A DNA stretch of 64,000 nucleotides from Trichoplax adhaerens (taxonomy: Eukaryota > Animalia > Placozoa). Shown one piece after another: positions 25,901 through 38,712 of the stretch (the stretch's first letter is position 1; each line of letters begins with the position of its first letter). The position numbers and the translations under genes were made by a program. The notes beneath the pieces are model-generated. The model did no database searches, was not told the origin of the DNA, and worked only from the letters and a program-made list of their open reading frames with translations. The DNA lies in the NCBI RefSeq assembly GCF_000150275.1, contig NW_002060945.1, positions 4,265,397 through 4,329,396 of the forward strand, in the 5' to 3' direction.

Positions 25901-28900
25901 TAAAAGGTTGGGATACGCGTGTGTGTATCCACTAATCAATAGATCGTTATGTCATGGAAGGAATAACTTTATGTTATTGTTAAGCAAATGCATTGATAAT
26001 AAGGCATAGATATGCAAATTACTTGTGTTTTACTAGCATGCAAAGCAGCAACTATAGTTCTCTCACTATTGTTACTGAAAACTTAAATTTTAAATTATTC
26101 CATTGCATAGGAAAACACTTCATTAACATAATAAATATATTATGGTCGAGGCATCAATTATTCATTTCTACTTCTTTGCTATCGGCCTTCTATCGGCCTA
26201 TCTTTGATGTTGCTTATTTATTTTCCCTTTAACACCTATCTGTTATCCTCCTATCCTTTTCATTGATTGCTTACCCCTACAGGCATAACTCTAACAATTA
26301 TCAAGAGAAAAATGTGATAGACAACAAAGAAAACTAAGGTGGTTTAGATGTTGAAAGTTGCAAAGAAGCAGCACTTGATAGGCGGACAGTACCGTATGGG
26401 CTCTAACTACCATAGTTTATACAGTTGCTGACATACATACATGTAGTTTATCCTATAAAATTCGCCACGATTATAACTCAATATCGATATAAGGAAGCAA
26501 TCTGCTACTATCAATGTATGTACTGTAGATCTGTAATAACTAATATTTATCGCTGAAATGAATCCAAATTACAGCGTTAATATCGTAGCAAGTCGACTTT
26601 TCCCAAAACTTCTATCTGTAGTTAATAAACAGTAGTCTTGAGTAAAAGTACCGCTTGGCTACGAAAATATTTTATTAATGTAAAAGATAATTTTATCTCT
26701 GTAAGTCTAAGAGTAAAATGAATCAAGATTAATCAACTAAAAAATGATTGCAATAATGTTAAAGTTTCTTTTGTAATGTTGACACTTGTTTCTTATGGTT
26801 TGAAATCTCGATAACATAATTTACCCTGCCACTGCATGGATATTTAAAGACAAGAAAAGTTGGATTAGTTGATCATATTTTTGAATATCATTGTTACAGA
26901 AAATACTATAAGTTCAAGGATGAATAAAAAAACTGAGTCGGGTAGGGTTGTATGCGATAGATATGAAGTACAAGGAGGAAAAAATACTTTTCTATTTTGA
27001 TCTTTTGTCTAGTTAAAATCAAATTGCATGGACGTATACTAGAAATTTTCTATATGCCACCTGCTGGGCTACATTCTCTTTTAATCAGCATATGTCTCCT
27101 TATACTGTAGTATAGCAGTATCTAATGTCGTGAAATATTCACTTTAACAGCTAATACCTTCCAATTTCTATATTGGCGATTCGCATCATGATCATGCCCT
27201 CTATCCTTCATATTATAGGTACAAACATCTGTAAGAGTAGATAGGCACCTAACTTAAACGACAAAATTATTCATAACTTGTTACCATTCAAGTTATCATC
27301 ATGATTGCTCCTTATCTTCGAAATAAGGGAAGGTATAACTTTATAAAGGTAGGTGTTTACGAAAACAGCTATACACACGGTGATATTCCTAATATGTAGA
27401 TTAAATTGATGAAAACTTTTACAGACACTATAACCTTAATTGATCCATACCCTTACTATCAACTCCTTTATACAGTATATCTACAGTATAATCATCGAAA
27501 AAATGTTGTTGTTCTCTCTTACCTTTCCAAGTTACACCTGTCTCCATTTGAATGACATTAGTTTGTTTATGAGAGGTCAAAAGTATAATATCTTCATTAG
27601 AATAACAAACAGTACATTATAGGAAGAATCAACTCTATTCGGCATCAACCGTATATTTTCCCAGCCGTTAAATTTAAATTATTTTGTAACAATAATAGTT
27701 TAAGACTATACATAACCTAAATACGTTTGTAGAAGAAGACAGCTTTAATTTATCTTTCATACTAGAAAAACAAATATCCATAATAACTTAATTGAATCAA
27801 TGATTCATCTATCTATCTAAATACTACTGTATTGACTTGACTATTCCATTAAGAGCTATCATTCATTTAACTGCATTTTATTGTGGTATTATACTTATAA
27901 TCAATCAATATAGAAAATTATTCGTCCATTTTCCTTATCCTCCTTTAAATGTCATCATGAGTCAGACTTGAGTAGACGTTTTATCCTATTTTATTTTCCG
28001 TTCAACATTAGCAATTTTAAATTATCGTATAAGTGGAGATAGTTATTTATGAAACTTGTACAATACCACAGTATGCCGTGAATTTTTGACTAATCTATTC
28101 ATCTATTACGAGTATCAGTTTAAAGTCGAGCTGGCAACAAGTATAATTTGTCTAACTTGTTTGAAAGATATTTTCATATCAAGTTGAAAATGTAATGTAT
28201 AGACAGTTTCATTCTTCTTGTTATTTTGCTGACTCTAACGATGCCTTACCATATCCTTTTCTACATATTAAAGTCCTAATGGAAGGGAATGATCATGTTA
28301 TAATTGACTAAGTCAAATTGAATACTTATCTCTTATGCACACTCTGATCAGCAATGTGATAACAACAGGATAGGAAAAGGAGAAATAAATAATTGTACGA
28401 AGCAAGAATGATAACAATTAATGCTAACTTTGTACTTACAAGAATTACTTTTCTATAGCTTATCAGTATACGTTCTAAACAACGTTGAATTAATTAAATT
28501 ATTATTGAATAATATAATGACTTATTTAATGTATAGAGATGTGGTCTATTATGTAAAATCTAGGAAATTATATTTTTCAAGTATTTTGTTATATAGTCCT
28601 CTAACTCTTTGACGATAATCCTATTATTCGTATTGAAACGAAGAAAGAGCTATCGAAAAATTCATAATTAATCATCAATATTCGAGAAAAGTCATTATAA
28701 CTACCTTACATTTGGACTACAATATGTCGCATAACGGCATAGTTTACAATAAGTCAAATCATGTCCGTATTTTACTAAATAATAACGATTAACTATAGAA
28801 GAGAATTTATAGGAAACCACCTGACATCGGCATGAATTTAATTCTGTACTACTGCATTATTTAAACGATGTTCTTTATTATGAAACTAAACGACAAGGAG

Positions 28901-31900
28901 TGAGATAAGTTGTATATTAAACGATAAGTTAATATCAATCGACGATATACAGTACAACTTTGCAAATAAAACAGGAAGTGACTAAACACTTAATTCCTAA
29001 AAGAATCTAAAAAGGGTATAATGTCAAGAAAGCATAAAGTAATATTTCTAAATGAAGTCTTCGAAATTCCTTACTTAAATGGATGTGAAAGTAAATCTAG
29101 CTTGTTATAAGAAAGTAATAAGATTGATCAAAAATTGATGCACATTGTATAAACGGAGAAGGCTGGAACGTAGGTTGTCATCTTTTTCAATGGCCCGACC
29201 TCGATATTGACGGATCAATTTGCTAAATTCTTACTCACTATAGTACAGGCACTATTAAGAACAATTCTAGAAAGATGAATGAAATTACAATTTAAAAAAT
29301 GAACTAGACGTGGTTTCAAGAGTTGACTGTTATTGAATTGATAGTTTACAATTTATGAAATATTTAAAATAAGATTGACAATTTCACTCGATCACAATGA
29401 CATCAAGTAGCCTCCTACCAAGTTAGTAAAAACTTTAATTTTATTAATAAAGTGATTATTTTTTTCTATCTTAATTTGTTTATGGTAGCCCTATTTTTCT
29501 TGTTTTTCATGCTCACTACGATAATATTGACAATAACTTAGGCGAATCATTTCAATTTATTCAAGAAAAGTAAGTCAATATAGCTATGTCAATGTTGATA
29601 TCATTTGATATTGATTGAGATCGGCATCACGCCATTGTCAATATACCATTTACTATCGATGCGTTTTAAACAATATTAATTTGATCATGCCCTGTTGTGT
29701 ATACTTACATCATAGGCAATTAAATTTTTTAAATTAGAGAATATAATATCACTTTACGGGTTAGAAATTTAAATTCTAACTGTAGGACTAGTTACTTTCT
29801 ATCTTATTTATTATGGAAAATTAAATAATAATACTAGTACTAATACTATATTATAGTTTACCATTTGGATTTTTTGGAAATAGCAAAGCTGATGCTATCT
29901 GTTCGTAATATAATTGTACAAAAATAAGCAATTGTAATTGTTATTTTAAGTAAATTTTTTCATATAAACATAAGCAATTTAATCTTTAATGATCGACTGC
30001 CGTGACTTTTATACTGTTTGATCTAACACTTATATTTGATAATATGGATAAAATATTATACGGTGGCCATACATGCTCTACTTAACCCTGTAAGGCGGAA
30101 TAATTCTATCACTTCGTTAACGGAAATAACATCAGAAACTTAACAATTAAATTGATGAAGCTGACTTTCATATTAGTTTTAAATTATTAATCTAATCAAA
30201 ATATTAATAGTGACTACCCGTTCAATTGATAACGGAAATGCCAACACCATTTCAAATTAAATTGCTGATGACGAGATAATATAATAGCTGGCATTATAGT
30301 CTTTAACCTCACGGTATAATCATTTTATTAATATAGAATGACCATTGAACACTGTAACTTGTCCTATCAATGAGATCATCAACTCATTAGTGCCTGAGTG
30401 ATTTTGGATGAGTTATAGTAGCCAATAACAGAAACACCATTGGCACAGTGCTAGCAAAAAATGGTAATTTAATATAGCAATTGGAGATATCAGTGCCTCT
30501 ATCGTACTATTACAGGCGCAGAAAAGACAGCGGAATAGATTGATGAAAATAGTAATTTATTTTAACGGTTTACGCGGTTTAGAAAGGTCAACAGGTAACG
30601 GAAATAACTTTAATAGGTTACGATTAGATTGGTGACAATAAAGCAAACACGAATAGTTTACTTTATTAACGATATAGTGCCTGATTTTTATTTTTTACAA
30701 AGAAAGGAATTATCATTTGGCTATGTTAAAAGCTAAATTAATGATGATGATAATTCGATTGTATTCTTTTCAAAACGTATCCTTAACGACAGCAAATTGC
30801 CTGCCATTAAAAGGGCTAACAAATAAGGGAAATAGAGGTAATATCATCAAATTAGCTTGATAGTGATAATTCAACACAGCAGTTTGTATTATTAAACATT
30901 TAGTGATGGATTGCATTGTAACTGTTGAAGTTTATCTTGTTCTCTATCATTATCTAATTTTTTAAGTCCAAATACTGTTAGTCATTGTAATTGCTATAGT
31001 CTTCTTAGCTTCTTAAATTTCTTACGTATATTGTATCACTGGATTGATTGCCTCATTATTATTACAGTATGTAGGCTGTTGTTGAAAAAGTAACTGTCCA
31101 AAAAAATAATCAAATGCCCGCTGCCACGAGCCTGCAATCAACTTGAATACTGTTGATTTAATCAAGTTATTGTTATTAACAACAATAGGCACACGCCAAC
31201 GACAAATCAACAATTGATTAACGATATGTTGTCTTCAATCTTGAATTTGATTGATTGTTTGCATTATATCTTCAACTTGCGTATTGTCTAAAGAGGAAAA
31301 AGGCATGACAAACTTTTTGTTTGATTATGGTCATTGAGCATGACATGAACAAATTATCTAGCAGTAAATGATTGAATCATTAAAAAGCGATAGATAACAC
31401 GATTAGCAGTCTGATGAGTAGTGGAAAAACACAGCCTACGGTATCATATTGATTATTGGATATCATGGAATAGAAGTTTTGTAAAAACCTTTATTTCGTC
31501 GATTTATCGGACTGGTAGTTACCATCAAATCGATTTAGCTTAATTTTGAAGATGATTAAAATTTAGTGAATACGAGTTAAGATAGCATTACCACTCATGA
31601 TATCGATTACAGAAATATAAAAAATAATTATGGACTACTAGATATGATGTAGAGATTTCACCTGTCTTTTAACGATGCGTTAACATCCGAAACTTTTTAT
31701 GGGATTAGTTATATTTTCAATTTCTATGTGATCTAACGGTTTATTCAAGATCTATAAGCGCTTGAACTATTAAAAATAATAAATAGCGCGACTAGCAGTT
31801 TAATTGATCATATAGAACTTGAGTCTAGATTACGATGTAGTTTTGTATCGAATAATAAGACTTGATGAAACGGTAATTTCCAAAATTTTGTATCAAATCC

Positions 31901-33539
31901 AATGAAGTGACTCATAAACTAATTAAAGTTGAAATCCTTACCACCTGAGAAGATCATTGGGCTTATACGAAGTAGTACATGCCATGCAGTGGCACTTTAG
32001 GCAATTTCACCAATTATAACTATATGCCATTATTGGGCAGAAACTTTATCTATCATTTATTCCCACTAAATCTATTCTCTGTTCTATCGGCGTACCATTG
32101 GTTATATTATTATCCAAGATAGTTTGCCCATCAATGAGTAACTGAAGGATTAACAAGCGGTTTAGACACCGCCGATCAACAACAAACAATGTAAATCACT
32201 TCATCATTTGATACTAGGAAGGGTTAGGAGATGTCAGGAATCCGCAACAAGTATTGGTGATCCACAACATTTATAACTAGGTTTCAAATAGGTGTTTCCT
32301 GTTCTTAAACATTAAGATTACAGTTTTATAAACTTATTCATATTATCATGTACGTATGAATAATTTAAAAAATATTTAACTTAGTGTAATTGCTCCTAGA
32401 GTTACTACTATCATTTCCTTAATTTAACGAAAACCAAGCTTGATTGTCTATTTGTTACAGGGAAATTGCCTTGTGATTATTTTCACTTATGTTTTGCTTT
32501 ATAACTTTCAACTACCTGCTCCGTGCTCATAGTCGTACTCGATTCACGATTCATTCCGTATGGTTTATAATCAATTATCTTTACTAGACTAGTAGATTAA
32601 ATTATTAATATACGAAGATGGTGATGTAGAATCGCGATGAAGGTATTAATGACGTGCATGAAACTAGTAGGAAACCTACTAAATTGACTACAAATTGCTG
32701 CAGCACCAATAGTTATTGATACATGTTGATGATGTTGCAGAATCGTCATAGAAATATTAACGACGTACAGGAAACTTACCGATTATAATCGCAACGTTAT
32801 GATATAAAGTAATTTGTGTTTAATTGAAGGGTATATTATATTTAGCAGATTCAATGAAAGGAATGCAATCCTGTCCCTAGACACATTTTCTCTACTTCTT
32901 ATTAATGGGAGTACAAGATTATTCGTTTTGAACAATGAAATACTCAACTCTTTATTCATTCAAATTTAACTCAAGCTATAACCAAGTTACTGATGGTATT
33001 TATTTATTTAGACGCCAGTAAACGCTTCAGCTTAACTTACGTTCTATTTTAATTTAAAGTTGTTTTAATGTAACGTCTTATGGAAAAAGCAAAAATTTTA
33101 AAATAATTATAACCAATGACAACGAGATATACAAACCCATATATAATATTTAATCAACGAATCTTCATTTCTATCACATAAACAGTGAATTACAATAACA
33201 AATAGAAAAATTACTTACTTGAATAATTCGATATACCGTTAATCTTATATTATTAAAACGTAAAATTCAGTCAACAAATGAGGCTGTACTTTTAACTATC
33301 TTAACAACTTAGACATCTGTTCATCTATTACATTAGCAACTCCGCGTTCACAATATTAATTAACATTGTTTAGCAAAACAAGCTGAAAGCTGCAATTTAC
33401 AATGTATGATTAATGGTTGAGTATTAACATTGTTGTTACTTATAGTTTTTCATCAGCGGGTAATGAATGGCAAGTACAGTAGCAAAATGTAACAAGCAAC
33501 CTTGTTTCGCCTAGACAGCGAGTGCATAAAATGAAAGAA

Positions 33540-34640
33540 AGATGGCTTTCATTTTATCCAATTATTATATATTATCTTTGTCTAAGCATTCATTAAATAT
33601 ATTCTGATCAACAGTAGGATTTATTATTAATTTTTCTACATTTTCATTTATGTTCGAACAAACTGTTCGAAGATTTCAGTCATTGACATTAATAAAATCA
33701 ACGGCCAATATTTTTATTATTACTGGATTATAGTATTGATGATGATGGCGAGTAATTATGATTATAACTGCTCCTAGTCGGGTCTAAACTCAGCCGGCTC
33801 CAGACCTTGAACAGGCATAGCTTATGATAATACGCTGTACATTATCAGTGCGATAAAATAATAATGGTTACTGGTTTATGCAATATTTTTTGCCTACTGG
33901 AATTGATATCAGTCAGTGTCTATATTATTAACGCCATTTGTCGGCCGTTATTATCTATTAAACAAAGATTACAGGAAATACTTTTGCTAATCTATTGTTT
34001 TGCCATATTGATGATGACTCAATCTACAGATGGTAGAAACATGTCTCTATTTCATATTCTTTCTCAATTTACATTCTGTAATAAAATTATAGCTATTCGC
34101 CTGGCGTAGCGTTATCGTAGCACGCCAATCCTAAAGTTGCACTCTTGTTTTAATTTCATCGTGCAATCGTTATCAATGTTCATGAAGCAACGCATGCGAC
34201 AATGTGATCATTTTAATTGAGATATAACCTCAAACTTAACTTTTTATCCTTAATATTGCAAATTCAAATAGAGTATAATAGAATTACATTAGTATACAGT
34301 CATTGTTATCCATAGTAACAAAATGAACTCTATTCTGTAGAATTCTTGATTAAGGGTGTATTGTGTGGAGTAATAAATGCATTGCGGTAGTGCATATCTG
34401 TTAGGTATGAGCCAAATTGAACTTGATCTGAATGTATCCATAGATAAACAGTATCCAATACGCTATAACTATAGCCTTATAGTCTTGAAATTAAGGAAAT
34501 AATGCTAGCGTGGCTTATAACGTCTGTGCTATTCATGATAGAATTAGATCATGTCTCGACTATTGGATATAACCAAGTCTTATATCATTCAATGCCTATT
34601 TTATATATCATGTCTAATTGACTAAAGCTCTCTTCCTTAA
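33540..34640 (+). pseudogene. Decayed rhodopsin-class GPCR
   Basis: Motifs occur in the expected order across frames: TM1-like VGFIIN (~33614), TM2-like TANIFII (~33701), TM3/ICL2 IFCLLELISVSVYIINAICRPL (~33885-33950), TM4-like ILLLIYCFAILM, and TM7-like MPILYIMSN (~34592). Stops and frameshifts lie between them. Confidence 0.5.
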
Positions 34641-35823
34641 TTGATATAATTATACCAATCATTCATAAATGAAATATCGTCTACAAGATATAATTATTAA
34701 GTTACGGATAAGGGATAAAACTTGGTCCATTATTTGTTATAGTTTTCCTAGATTTGTATATTTAAAAATTGATAAGAATAGTCTACAACGCAAATTATAG
34801 GCGTCTTTTAACATTCATCAGAACTTTATATCCGTAACTAATATACTGAATAATGCAACAAATCACTTTTGTCCCTTTTATATTATATTTCCCGGTTAAT
34901 TGATTTTAATTTCTTTCTTGATTGACACAATATCAAACGTTTGACTGGAAAGTTTCATATCCACTACCAGATGAAATATACATTAACTTAGCAATCGGTA
35001 CGTTTAATCGATGTTAGTATATCAGCAGATTAAACATCGTCAATTTGCCGCTGTAATATCTTATTCATTCCCTAAAACTGTTGAAAATAGTATAGCCTAA
35101 TGTCTGCTCCATTAAATAATCTACAGTATCATATTATATGCATTCCAAAGCATGCATAATTGATCGTAGTTTCCATCATACTTCGTACAATTTGAGTGGT
35201 TAATAAGATAACAGCATATTGTCTCGATGACAAAAATAAGGTTACTTTTGTCTGCATAGTGTCTCGCTCAAGTGAAATCTCGGTATGTTTTTTTGAAACA
35301 GTTGTATACAGTAATTAGCTTTGATTAGAAACAGAAAACGAATTTGTGTTACATAAGTATTATTATCTCAGGTAACTGAGATAGACTACTAACTGATTCG
35401 GAATGTATCCGAATAAAGCAAATATCACCTACGTAAATCAGATTGCTACTTTAAACTACATTACTTGAATTCAATAACGTTAACAATCGATCACTATATA
35501 AATAAAACTATTTTGTATCTTACAGTGGATTACGAGTGGATTATACATTAAATTGACACACTGGTTGCATTCACGAGTGATCCTGAAATCTTATAATCAC
35601 GCACCATTTCATTCGTAATCTTCAGTCTGTTATTTTGCAATAGTTGAATGAGAAAGTAAAGTTTCACACTAGGAGCATTAATGAATAGCGACGCACGCGA
35701 CTACTCGACAGGATACTAACATTTAATTATTTTGATTGCTCCGCTTAACTTACAGTATGCTAATAGCTCTGTTTCTTGGTAATCTTTCGTAATTAACATG
35801 TAATTCATGAACGTATACACAGG

Positions 35824-36009
35824 TGTAATGAAATGAAAAGTGTAGAGATCAAGCTACAAAACTTTAACAAACTTTGATTCTACTTTCGTTGCACTCCGGT
35901 CGACTTAGCAAAACTTTGACACCAAATAAATGACCGGAGTGCAACGAAAGTAGAATCAAAGTTTGTTAAAGTTTTGTAGCTCGATCTCTACACTTTTCAT
36001 TTCATTACA
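35824..36009. repeat. 78-bp inverted repeat (fold-back hairpin) with a 30-nt loop, built from LTR ends
   Basis: 35824-35901 is the reverse complement of 35932-36009 with one mismatch (gatcaagc vs gatcgagc). Confidence 0.95.
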
Positions 36010-36023
36010 TCCCACCGAGACTC
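36010..36023 (+). other. Primer-binding-site-like sequence (tRNA-Gln-like) directly after the LTR end ...TTACA
   Basis: TCCCACCGAGACTC is complementary to the T-arm/acceptor strand of eukaryotic tRNA-Gln as recalled (…CTCGGTGGGACCT-CCA), but lacks the TGGAGG complementary to the last six tRNA nucleotides. An inverted copy lies at 37745-37757. Confidence 0.6.
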
Positions 36024-36134
36024 TCGTCGATTTTGAAGGGGAATTTTTTCTGTTTGGTCTTAGTTTTATTTGAAAATCTTCTTCGTGTTTCGCCTACGTG
36101 CGTATTTTTGAGTGATACTTCAGATTTCTTTATT

Positions 36135-37644
36135 ATGGATTTTTCAGTAGTGGGTTCACTCACTAAGTTTTCAGGCCGTTATGATGAAAACGTTCGCACT
36201 TTCACACAAATGATAGAATGTGGAGTATTAGCGTTAGGCCTAGATACAGATAAGAAACAATTGGCTTTCCTACGACTAAATCTGTTAGATGAGGTGGGAG
36301 ATTATTATGACGATTGGTTTGCTAGAGAAACTATCCGCCTAGAAATACTTGCACCAGCTCGTTCTACCACCCCCACGTCTGACGATAGTATACTGTTGGT
36401 GAAACTCGTGTCGTAGCAGTCAGTTAAAAGATGCTTTAAAAGCTTTATTTGAAAAATATGATAATGCAATATATAGATCTCAATATAGGATGGCGTTGAC
36501 TATTCTACGCTAAGATCCTATGGAAACGGGAGAAGCGTACATTGCCCGTTTTCAGGACATATACCAGAAAGCATACCCAGAAGACAAGTTAACCAATTCT
36601 CAAAAGTTAGATTATTTACTTCAAGGTCTGGAGACGGATACTGCCCGCATGGTCAGAATCCAGAACCCAACCAACTATCGAGAAGCGGTATCATTAATTT
36701 CCAGGGCTGATGACGCAAGCTCTAGAATAGCAGGGGTAAAATTATGAGAAGGTAGACCTCCCAAGAAGAATCCCATCGCCACCGCAGGCATTGAAGCAAA
36801 TCTAAAGCACAATAATCCAAAGTCCAATTACAATAGAAACAAATATGGCAACAATAAAAAGTTTATAAATAATAATAATCAACGTTCCGCGTCACAATCA
36901 TCACAACCACCACAATTTCAATGTTATAATTGCCATCAGTGGCGACATCGCGTGATGGAATGCCCCCAAGAGAAAAAGTTTTGTTCATACTGCAAACGAT
37001 ATGGGCATTTACAGACAAACTGTTGGAAACTATTACGTCAACAACAGGTTATCCCAAGGGTAGGAAACATACGTCCAGTTGCACAAACAGTAAGTCGGAC
37101 AGTAAGTAAACCTTCTCCAAATCAGGACAATACCAAAGCCACTATTAATATGATCGAGCAAGAGGCAGTGAGAGATAACCAAGAAATTAACAGTAGATGA
37201 CCTCCCTCAAGATTATTGGCAAACCTATCAACCAATAGGAACCATAGTAGACCAAATCAGCAGTAACTCGTAAGCACAATTCTAACGGAAGAAAATGATA
37301 ATATTGAAGAATCAAATAGTGCATTGACGGTTAAGGGTTCATTTAATGATACTATGGTATCTGACATCGTTATTGATACAGGCACAGTGCAATCGATAGT
37401 ACAATATGATTGGTTGATTAAAATGATCGTAAAAGACGTGCCCATACAGCGAGTAGCTAATCCCAATCTCACTAGTGTAAAAGGGGATAGTTTAGAAGTG
37501 CTAGGCCAAATTAAAGCAGCTATAACTTTTGGCAGATTTAGCATTACACATAAGTTTTGGGTAGTGAAGGACAGCGTATATACCGTACTCTTAGGTATTG
37601 ATTTTTTGAAAACATACAATATTAACATTGACCTGGGTATATAA
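36135..37644 (+). pseudogene. Retrotransposon gag (capsid, two CCHC zinc knuckles) and aspartic protease, disrupted
   Basis: LTKFSGRYDENVRTF; MHR-like LR*DPMETGEAYIARF; KLDYLLQGL; CYNCHQWRHRVMEC and CSYCKRYGHLQTNC; protease IVIDTGTVQSIV...VLLGIDFL. There is a frameshift near 36400-36420 and in-frame stops at 36511, 36745, 37198 and 37642. Confidence 0.9.
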
Positions 37645-37757
37645 TAAGTTAATAATATCACAATACCCCCCCAGTGCCATTGAACAAGTTGCATAATACC
37701 CGGCTGCAATCAATTGATGTGATCCCAGTTAATAGCGTCGATTTAGTCTCGGTGGGA

Positions 37758-38712
37758 TGTAATGAAATGAAAAAAGTAGAGATCAAGCTACAAAACTTTA
37801 ACAAACTTTGATTCTACTTTCGTTGCACTCCGGTCGACTTAGCAAAACTTTGACACCAAATAAAATTTGGGGAAATAACCGAACAACAATTTATTACAAA
37901 ACAAAATGGAGAGAAGTATAAACCGAATAACCTTACAAATACTTAGCTTTAAGTGTTGATACAATAAGTGACAGACTTAAAAACTGTCAACGACCAAACA
38001 ACCTTTCAAAAAGAAGAACGTTTTAACTTCCGACAATTCGACCCCGAAGGCCTTTTAAATTCAACAAGTTCTTCAAATAAAATCTACTTCTACTCTCTCT
38101 CTAAATTTTCTAATTGCACTATCATTTATAGGCTTCGTAGAGCCGTCAGAGGTATTTAAAACTAAACATTTGCTAACCAATCGCTCTTAAGATCCGTTTT
38201 TTGAAAACTACTTTGCACCATTTAAGAAAACAAAAATCATTCAAAGTTCAGACACAATTTACCCTACGATTCCCTTACAAAACACTATAAAACTAACTAG
38301 CTAACTATAAAAATACATCAAACTTCACTTCTAATATAATTTCTATCATTAATACACTATAAAAGTCTAAAAATCAACCTTTAAACATCAAGATTTAGTC
38401 ATAAGAATAACATTCTAACTACTTAACAATCAACACAACTTCTGCCAATTTCCACCTTATTTTCTATTTTCTAACTAAACTTTCCTAATGTGACTTTCAA
38501 GTCACGTCATAAAATTCCAAAGTTTCAAATTCATAACAAAAAGTTCAAATTTCAAAAATCAACTTTTACGATATTTTTCATAAACTAAAATCCAAAAATT
38601 ACAACAGAAAAATTATATCAGACATAAATAGAAACAGGAAAATTACATCGGACATAAATCCGACCGGTTCCGGAATCCGAATCCTAAAAATTCGGTTTTT
38701 ATAAAGATCACA
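37758..38712 (-). repeat. Complete-looking LTR (~955 bp, TGT...ACA) oriented leftwards
   Basis: The minus strand begins TGTGATC at 38712 (boundary inferred) and ends ...CATTACA at 37758. It contains TATAAAT at 38130-38124, CCAAT at 38177-38181, AATAAA at 37895-37890 and a short tandem duplication at ~38603-38659, and is followed by the PBS. Confidence 0.7.

Larger units (their letters stand above)
35824..38712. mobile_element. Rearranged, truncated Ty3/gypsy-like LTR retrotransposon (gag + protease, no RT/RNaseH/integrase)
   Basis: Three copies of the LTR 3' end: 35824-35930 (minus sense), 35932-36009 (plus sense) and from 37758 (minus sense). PBS-like sequence lies at 36010-36023 and 37745-37757, with degraded gag and aspartic protease between. 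No clear target-site duplication. Confidence 0.9.

Noticed and set aside
35824-38712. DIRS/tyrosine-recombinase retrotransposon interpretation of the inverted repeats
   Set aside because: The element has an aspartic protease, TG...CA LTR ends and a tRNA-like PBS, which indicate Ty3/gypsy. No tyrosine recombinase is seen.
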